Below, piece after piece: positions 1 through 4,646 of a stretch of 7,975 nt of DNA. The notes beneath the pieces are model-generated. The model had not been told where the DNA came from, did not search any database, and saw only the letters and a list, made by a program, of their open reading frames with translations. The translations under genes were made by a program, and so were the position numbers. Origin of the DNA: Azolla caroliniana (Eukaryota; Plantae; Polypodiophyta); the NCBI GenBank assembly GCA_043228905.1, contig JBHGNT010001468.1, positions 1-7,975 on the forward strand, written 5' to 3'. Every line of letters starts with the position of its first letter. Position 1 is the first letter of the stretch.

Positions 1-1
1 G

Positions 2-2632
2 GCCGGTAAGCAGAACCGAACCTCCTTCCACTCAAGGCCACCGACGAGACGTAGCGCACCATTGGAGTTGGTGCACACTGACGTGTGTCAGGTAGAGACG
101 AAGTCACATGGCGGAGCCCAGTACTTCGTAACATTCATCGATGATCATAGCCGAAAACTGTGGACGGCACCGTTGAAGACAAAGGACCAAGTGTTGTCCG
201 TCTTCAAAGAACTCCACGCGAGAGTGGAAAGAGAATCCGGCAAGAAGCTGAAAGCGATACGAGCGGATAACGGAGGGGAATACCGAGGGCAGTTCCAGGA
301 GTACTGTCGCTCGAAGGGAATCCGACTCGAGTTTACTGTGCCGAAGACGCCGGAACTGAACGGGCTGGCCGAGAGGATGAACCGGACCATAATGGAGCGG
401 GTCCGGAGTATGCTGGCGCATGCGAAATTACCCAAGGGGTTTTGGGCTGAGGCAATGTCGACGGCGACATATGTGATAAACAGATCACCCTCAGTTCCTT
501 TGGACGGAGACACGCCGCAGAGAGTGTGGACCGGTAAGGAAGTGTCCTACCGGCATCTAAAGGTGTTCGGGTGTCTCGCATACGTGCATGTGGCAAAGGA
601 CCGGAGAGGAAAGCTAGATCCTAAGACCCGGCCATGCATATTCCTCGGTTACGGTGACGACGAGTTCGGCTACCGAGTATGGGACCCGGTCGACAAGAAG
701 ATATTCAGGAGTCGTGATATCATCTTCATGGAGAACAAGACGCTCGCCGACTGGGAGTCGGAGAAGAAGATGAAGAGCTCCAAGTCGATCGGTGAGGATC
801 AACTCTACGAGGAGCAGTCCCGACCGGCAAGGGACCGGTTAGCACTCGAGGATCCGGCCGAAGACGGTGAAGAAACAGAACCGGCCGAAGAAGATGAAAA
901 TGATACCGGAACCGGCCCCGATCCCGAAATGGATTCGGATGAAGAAGAAGAATCGGAAGAACCGGTTACCGAAGCTCCGGAACGGAGATACCCTCTAAGA
1001 GAGAGAAGGGCCCCCCGGAGATTTCCGGAACCAGAGCACGTGTTGCTAACCGACGAGGGGGAGCCGGAGAGCTTTGAAGAAGCAAAGCATGACACCCAGA
1101 GCCGCAGGTGGTTGAGTGCCATGCAAGACGAGATGGATTCCCTGCATGAGAACCACACATATGAACTTGTGGAGTTGCCGAAAGGAAAGCGGGCACTGCG
1201 AAACAAGTGGGTGTTCAAGCTGAAACCGGGAGATGCCGGAAACCCCCCGAGATACAAAGCCAGGATCGTGGTGAAGGGGTTTCAGCAGAAGAAGGGCGTC
1301 GACTTCGACGAGATATTTGCCCCGGTAGTGAAGATGACCTCCATCCGGACGGTGCTGAGCATAGCGGCAAGCATGGACCTCGAGGTAGAACAGATGGACG
1401 TGAAGACGGCATTCCTTCACGGTGACCTCGAAGAAGAGATCTACATGCAGCAACCGGAAGGATTCGAGAAGAAAGGGAAGGAGCACCTGGTATGCCGGTT
1501 GAAGAAGAGCCTTTACGGACTGAAGCAGGCTCCCCGGCAATGGTACCGGAAGTTCGACTCCTTCATGACCGACGAAGGGTACCTCAAAACGCAGTCCGAC
1601 CACTGCGTGTTTGTGAAGAAGTTCGAAGGAGGAGACTCCCTAATACTCCTCCTGTACGTGGACGACATGTTGATCGTCGGACGGGACCAGGTCAAGATAC
1701 GGATGCTGAAGAAGGCTCTTCACCGAACCTTCTCAATGAAGGACCTGGGTCCGGCGAGGCAAATACTAGGGATGCACATCATCCGGGACCGGAGCAAGAA
1801 GCAGTTGTGGCTGTCACAAGAGAAGTACGTGACAAAGGTGCTTCAACGGTTCAACATGTCGGAAGCAAGACCGGTCGGATCAACCCTACCGGCAAACTGC
1901 AAGTTGTCCAGCAAGCAAAGTCCCAAGACAAAGGCTGAAAAGGAGGATATGATGAAAGTGCCGTATGCCTCAGCTGTCGGGAGCTTGATGTACGCCATGG
2001 TGTGTACGAGACCGGACATCGGATATGCAGTCGGAGTGGTGAGCCGGTACATGAGCAATCCCGGCAAAGAGCATTGGAACGCGGCCAAGTGGATACTCCG
2101 ATACCTGAAGGGCACGGCAAACGTGTGCCTCCGATTCGGCTCCGGTAAGCCCGAACTCGAAGGCTTTACTGATTCTGATATGTCGGCTGATGCAGATACC
2201 AGCCGGTCCACATCAGGGTATGTGATGACGTATGCAGGGGGAGCTGTTTCGTGGCAGTCGAGGCTGCAGAAGACGGTTGCGTTGTCAACCACGGAGGCGG
2301 AGTACATGGCGGCTGTTGAAGCCGGCAAGGAAATAATATGGATGAAGGACTTCATTAGAGAGCTCGGTATCCGGCAAGAGGAGTACCGACTCTACTGCGA
2401 TAGTCAGAGTGCCATCCACCTTGCGAAGAACGCGGCCTACCATTCCCGGACGAAACACATCCAGCGTAGATACCACTGGATCCGGGAAAGGATAGAGGAC
2501 AAGGAGTTCGTGCTGACGAAGATCCACACGGACGAGAACGGGTCGGATATGCTGACCAAGGTCCTCACACCCGACAAGCTGGAAGCATGCCGGAAGAGGG
2601 TCGGATTGGAGAGACATCCCATGCCGAAGTGA
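2..2632 (+). CDS. pol: Copia Pol polyprotein, 5'-partial (integrase core, acidic linker, reverse transcriptase, RNase H)
   Basis: The frame is open from base 2 (AGKQNRTSFHSRPPTRRSAPLELVHTDVC), so the TTG at 62 is not a real start. Integrase DDE: HTD, RADNGGEY, NGLAERMNRT. GKGY-type motif CIFLGYGDDEFGYRVWD. RT: QMDVKTAFLHG, SLYGLKQAPRQW, LLYVDDM. RNase H: TDSD, TEAEY, CDSQSA, HSRTKHI, SDMLTK. Stop TGA at 2630-2632, with no internal stops or frameshifts. Confidence 0.97.
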   Translation, partial: AGKQNRTSFHSRPPTRRSAPLELVHTDVCQVETKSHGGAQYFVTFIDDHSRKLWTAPLKTKDQVLSVFKELHARVERESGKKLKAIRADNGGEYRGQFQEYCRSKGIRLEFTVPKTPELNGLAERMNRTIMERVRSMLAHAKLPKGFWAEAMSTATYVINRSPSVPLDGDTPQRVWTGKEVSYRHLKVFGCLAYVHVAKDRRGKLDPKTRPCIFLGYGDDEFGYRVWDPVDKKIFRSRDIIFMENKTLADWESEKKMKSSKSIGEDQLYEEQSRPARDRLALEDPAEDGEETEPAEEDENDTGTGPDPEMDSDEEEESEEPVTEAPERRYPLRERRAPRRFPEPEHVLLTDEGEPESFEEAKHDTQSRRWLSAMQDEMDSLHENHTYELVELPKGKRALRNKWVFKLKPGDAGNPPRYKARIVVKGFQQKKGVDFDEIFAPVVKMTSIRTVLSIAASMDLEVEQMDVKTAFLHGDLEEEIYMQQPEGFEKKGKEHLVCRLKKSLYGLKQAPRQWYRKFDSFMTDEGYLKTQSDHCVFVKKFEGGDSLILLLYVDDMLIVGRDQVKIRMLKKALHRTFSMKDLGPARQILGMHIIRDRSKKQLWLSQEKYVTKVLQRFNMSEARPVGSTLPANCKLSSKQSPKTKAEKEDMMKVPYASAVGSLMYAMVCTRPDIGYAVGVVSRYMSNPGKEHWNAAKWILRYLKGTANVCLRFGSGKPELEGFTDSDMSADADTSRSTSGYVMTYAGGAVSWQSRLQKTVALSTTEAEYMAAVEAGKEIIWMKDFIRELGIRQEEYRLYCDSQSAIHLAKNAAYHSRTKHIQRRYHWIRERIEDKEFVLTKIHTDENGSDMLTKVLTPDKLEACRKRVGLERHPMPK

Positions 2633-2640
2633 AGGGGGAG
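2631..2640 (+). other. Polypurine tract (plus-strand primer) of the copia element
   Basis: GAAGGGGGAG overlaps the pol stop codon and ends 2 nt before the LTR-initial TG at 2643. Confidence 0.9.
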
Positions 2641-2861
2641 TTTGTTGGGATTACGGTCCCTTTCGGATGGGATGGTCGGATATCGGAGATGAATGCCGAC
2701 AAGCCCGGTTTCGGTTTCGGATCCGGATGACGAAGACCCCGGCTTCGGTGCCGGATGACGAATGTACCCGAAGAGCGATCCGGATGCAGGGACATATCCG
2801 TGAATATGTTCGCTACGAGCCCCCTGAGGCTATAGTTGTAAATAGCCCAAAGTCATATAAG

Positions 2862-2869
2862 TATAAATA
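2862..2869 (+). promoter_or_regulatory. TATA box of the copia LTR
   Basis: TATAAATA about 220 bp into the LTR, downstream of a GC-rich repeated U3. Confidence 0.6.
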
Positions 2870-2949
2870 TGACTTAGGGCAAACAGTTTTTCTGTTGCTT
2901 CTTATTTTTCTGTTTTTCCACTCAAGAGGAGTGAAGAGGGAGCAGCCGT

Positions 2950-2967
2950 GAGAGAGAGAGAGAGAGA
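2950..2967 (+). repeat. (GA)9 microsatellite in the copia LTR R/U5 region
   Basis: GAGAGAGAGAGAGAGAGA, continuing as degenerate GA-rich sequence to about 2989. Confidence 0.9.
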
Positions 2968-3251
2968 TAGAGCGCGAGAGAGGAAGAGGTAGACGCCTCT
3001 GTGTATTTCCGCCGCCTGTGGCGAGGACAGCGAGCTCAAGGTCGTTGCCTTGCAGCTCGTCATTGTATATTTCTCTGTGCATAGTTTGGTTCGGAGTCTC
3101 GCACTCCCGTGGTTTTTCCCGTATAGGGTTTTCCACGTTAATCCCTGTGTATCGCGTCTTTCTCTGTATTTCCTATTTTCTGCTACATTGATCCGCGATT
3201 AATCGGTTGTGGCCGAGTGGTGAAGGTGAATCCAAGCGTTGATTCCCAACA

Positions 3252-3256
3252 GGAAA
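3252..3256 (+). other. Predicted 3' copy of the 5-bp target-site duplication of the copia insertion (GGAAA)
   Basis: The five bases directly after the LTR-terminal CA. The matching 5' copy is outside the window, so this is inferred only. Confidence 0.45.
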
Positions 3257-3734
3257 GAATAAAGCTTTGTGAGTGTCATTCGTCATTCATCTGTCTCGCC
3301 AAATGTCACTTCGAGCTCCTCAATGAAAGCGGTGAAGTTTTCTAAGAGAAGGGATGACGTCTCCATCAAGGTGCAAACCACGCTTGCCCCGGCCCGGAGA
3401 GAAGCGTGCCGACAAGCCCAACCCGAGAAAAGTCGCTAGCATACCGTTGGGGTTGTAACTGAATGATAGGTCGAATTTGGTTGATGAAGCCACGAAGATA
3501 CGCCCTCGTGTCGTTGAATTTGTCTGGTAGGCTAATGGTTGGTTCGAGGACATATGGATGAGAAGAGGACGTGGTCGGGCTCGGTGCCGACGGTGGTTGT
3601 GACTCAGCGGGTGGTGGATTTCTTGAAGTGCCGGATTGCAACTCTTGTAATGATTCCCGAAGGATTTCATTCTCTAGCTAAAGTTGTTGCAAGGCTATCA
3701 TGATTTGGTTTAGGTTGTCAACGGAGCGGGACAT
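3252..3734 (-). pseudogene. gag: gag pseudogene of the chromovirus (coiled-coil N-terminus + capsid domain), 3'-truncated
   Basis: GCTACC-ATG at 3734 gives MSRSVDNLNQIMIALQQL*LENEILRESLQELQSGTSRNPPP...EPTISLPDKF...QAWFAP. After a 1-nt frameshift near 3369 it continues LMETSSLLLENFTAFIEELEVTFGETDE*RMTLTKLYSF. Premature stops are TAG (3680-3678) and TGA (3285-3283). Confidence 0.88.
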
Positions 3735-3749
3735 GGTAGCAAAAAGAGG

Positions 3750-3760
3750 AAGGTGAACAA
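3750..3760 (-). other. Putative self-priming primer binding site (non-tRNA) of the chromovirus
   Basis: Minus-strand TTGTTCACCTT, 2 nt after the LTR end. It does not begin with TGG and is perfectly complementary to AAGGTGAACAA (minus 3865-3855) inside the LTR. Confidence 0.75.
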
Positions 3761-3863
3761 ACTATCACGGACAAGTATAATAGAGCAAAGAGCAAAGAGA
3801 ACACAAGAGAGAGGAAAAGAACAAGAACTCAACTTATAAAATCCGTAATTGGTGTTGTTCACC

Positions 3864-3896
3864 TTTATTAGAATCAAGGTGCACCTGAGTATTATA
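3864..3896 (-). promoter_or_regulatory. Chromovirus LTR core signals: TATA box (TATAATA, 3896-3890) and poly(A) signal (AATAAA, 3869-3864); predicted TSS about 3865
   Basis: Motifs read directly on the minus strand. The first T of the TATA box is 31 nt upstream of the 11-mer complementary to the PBS. Confidence 0.65.
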
Positions 3897-3935
3897 CACG
3901 AAGGTAGGGCTATGTAAGCCAGCTAGAAATAGAGT

Positions 3936-4000
3936 ATGCATGAGGATGCATGCAATGGAGAATGCATGAGGATGCATGCAATAGAGAATGCATGAGAATG
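3936..4000. repeat. 26-bp tandem repeat (about 2.5 copies) rich in RY motifs in the chromovirus U3
   Basis: ATGCATGAGGATGCATGCAATGGAGA (3936-3961), ATGCATGAGGATGCATGCAATAGAGA (3962-3987), ATGCATGAGAATG (3988-4000). Confidence 0.9.
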
Positions 4001-4062
4001 TGTTCAAGCTAGAAACTTCCAATGTTCAATCTACTACATGAAGTTGGATTTGGTACAAGGAT

Positions 4063-4135
4063 GCATAGGTAGCTCAATTGGTAGGGTTTCCCAATAGAGA
4101 CCATGAGACATTGGGTTCAATCCCTACCTTCTTCC
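4063..4135 (+). other. tRNA-like sequence with Pol III box A and box B, embedded antisense in the chromovirus LTR
   Basis: Box A TAGCTCAATTGG (4070-4081) and box B GGTTCAATCCC (4114-4124). With 4063 as position 1, T8, A14, A15, G18, G19, A21, T33, G37, G53, T54, T55, C56, A57, A58, C60 and C61 all fall on canonical tRNA positions. The anticodon stem does not pair, so it is not a functional tRNA. Confidence 0.7.
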
Positions 4136-4154
4136 GTGCCATATTTCTATGACA

Positions 4155-4595
4155 CATGGGCCTCCCCCTTGACTTCGACCTCGCCGGCAAGGAGTCCAAA
4201 ATACGGAGTGAAGGAATTAATTAAGTATGGTTGTAAATAAGCATAGTATGGACGGACGGACTGGAAACGGTATGCCGTTCCAGATCCGGACGGATCCCGA
4301 ATAGGTGCGATAGGCACCGTTTTGTACTACGGGCCGGAAACCTATTTAAAGGCCCGGACCCCATTGTAATCGCAGCGGATAATTAATAGAGCGTATGGTG
4401 TTTATACTTCTGTGTTGATTTCCATTCTGTAATTACTGTTATATCTTACGCGTGTAATTAACAAAAGCGCTCTAATCGTGTAACCTACTTAGGTCGGTGT
4501 AATCGTTGAGTCATAATCCTATGCCGTAATCACCCTTTGGTGAAGTGTCTCCGTGACACCTTGTGTTAGGCCTTGTCCGGTCAGAGAAGAACACA
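4155..4595 (+). repeat. 5' LTR (probably 5'-interrupted) of the non-chromovirus gypsy element
   Basis: Ends ...AGAACACA at 4595, 4 nt before the PBS, and contains a TATA-like box and an AT-rich R/U5. No convincing matching TG start was found after 4154. Confidence 0.65.
4343..4350 (+). promoter_or_regulatory. TATA box of the gypsy LTR
   Basis: CC-TATTTAAA-GG, a common plant LTR TATA context. Confidence 0.6.
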
Positions 4596-4599
4596 GTTT

Positions 4600-4609
4600 T
4601 GGCGACCAC
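4600..4609 (+). other. Primer binding site, probably tRNA-Arg
   Basis: TGGCGACCAC is complementary to ...GUGGUCGCCA, the 3' end I recall for plant tRNA-Arg(UCG). Arg primers are common in Tat-lineage elements. Confidence 0.75.
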
Positions 4610-4646
4610 GATTCCTGCTTTCTCGCAGCGAACGACGGCTTAATGG

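Larger units (their letters stand above)
1..3251 (+). mobile_element. Ty1/copia LTR retrotransposon, 3' portion (Tnt1/Tork-like); 5' part lies upstream of the window
   Basis: Domain order integrase-RT-RNase H is diagnostic of copia. The ORF is followed immediately by a PPT and a TG...CA LTR with an 8-bp terminal inverted repeat. The RNase H motif GFTDSDMSAD resembles Tnt1 GYTDADMAGD; the lineage call is from recognition, not alignment. Confidence 0.96.
2643..3251 (+). repeat. 3' LTR of the copia element (609 bp)
   Basis: Starts TGTTGGGA (2643-2650) right after the PPT and ends TCCCAACA (3244-3251), a perfect 8-bp inverted repeat. Contains a TATA box and a T-rich U5. The sequence switches abruptly to minus-strand gag at 3252. 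The partner LTR is not in the window. Confidence 0.9.
3252..4154 (-). mobile_element. Degenerate Ty3/gypsy chromovirus (Tcn1/Tf1-Sushi-like), 5' LTR + PBS + start of gag, interrupted by the copia element
   Basis: Minus-strand order is LTR (TGTCATAG...CCGTGATA), 2-nt spacer, 11-nt PBS, then gag ATG at 3734. The Gag motif ISLPDKFNDTRAYLRGFINQIR...YASDFSRVGLVGTLLSGPGQAWF resembles Tcn1/Sushi/PEG10-type capsid. Confidence 0.85.
3763..4154 (-). repeat. 5' LTR of the chromovirus (392 bp)
   Basis: Minus strand begins TGTCATAG (4154) and ends CCGTGATA (3763), read as TGACA with a C>T change. It has internal TATA and AATAAA signals and is directly followed by the PBS and gag ATG. Confidence 0.75.

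Noticed and set aside
62-64. ORF-track start (TTG) of the copia ORF
   Set aside because: The frame is open from base 2 and the site is mid-integrase; the true start is upstream of the window.
104-2622. Numerous short antisense and alternate-frame ORFs over copia pol
   Set aside because: Shadow ORFs of a GC-rich coding strand, with no recognisable domains.
2667-3136. 94-aa and 107-aa ORFs inside the copia LTR
   Set aside because: They run through the TATA box and GA microsatellite, use non-coding LTR sequence and show no motifs.
3320-3670. 116-aa minus-strand ORF (MKSFGNHY...)
   Set aside because: Wrong frame of the gag pseudogene; the homologous frame starts at ATG 3734.
3716-3720. TGTCA as the chromovirus LTR boundary (perfect match to TGACA at 4150-4154)
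   Set aside because: It falls inside the gag reading frame. The 3763 boundary fits the PBS and gag ATG positions much better.
3936-4000. CRISPR-like repeat
   Set aside because: Head-to-tail tandem repeat without spacers, in a eukaryotic LTR.
3999-4005. TGTGTTC as the start of the gypsy LTR (inverse of GAACACA 4589-4595)
   Set aside because: It overlaps the end of the RY tandem repeat and would split an otherwise coherent TGTCA-bounded LTR of uniform composition. Not fully excluded; if true, the tRNA-like cassette would belong to the gypsy LTR in sense orientation.
4011-4020. Heat-shock element-like AGAAACTTCC
   Set aside because: Only two nGAAn units; three are normally needed.
4063-4135. 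Functional tRNA-Ser(AGA) gene
   Set aside because: The anticodon stem is unpaired, there is no long variable arm, the acceptor stem has two mismatches and no T4+ terminator follows.
4161-4170. PPT-like AAGGGGGAGG on the minus strand upstream of the chromovirus LTR (possible tandem or shared-LTR arrangement)
   Set aside because: It is 6 nt away from the LTR start, and no integrase or chromodomain coding sequence precedes it on that strand.
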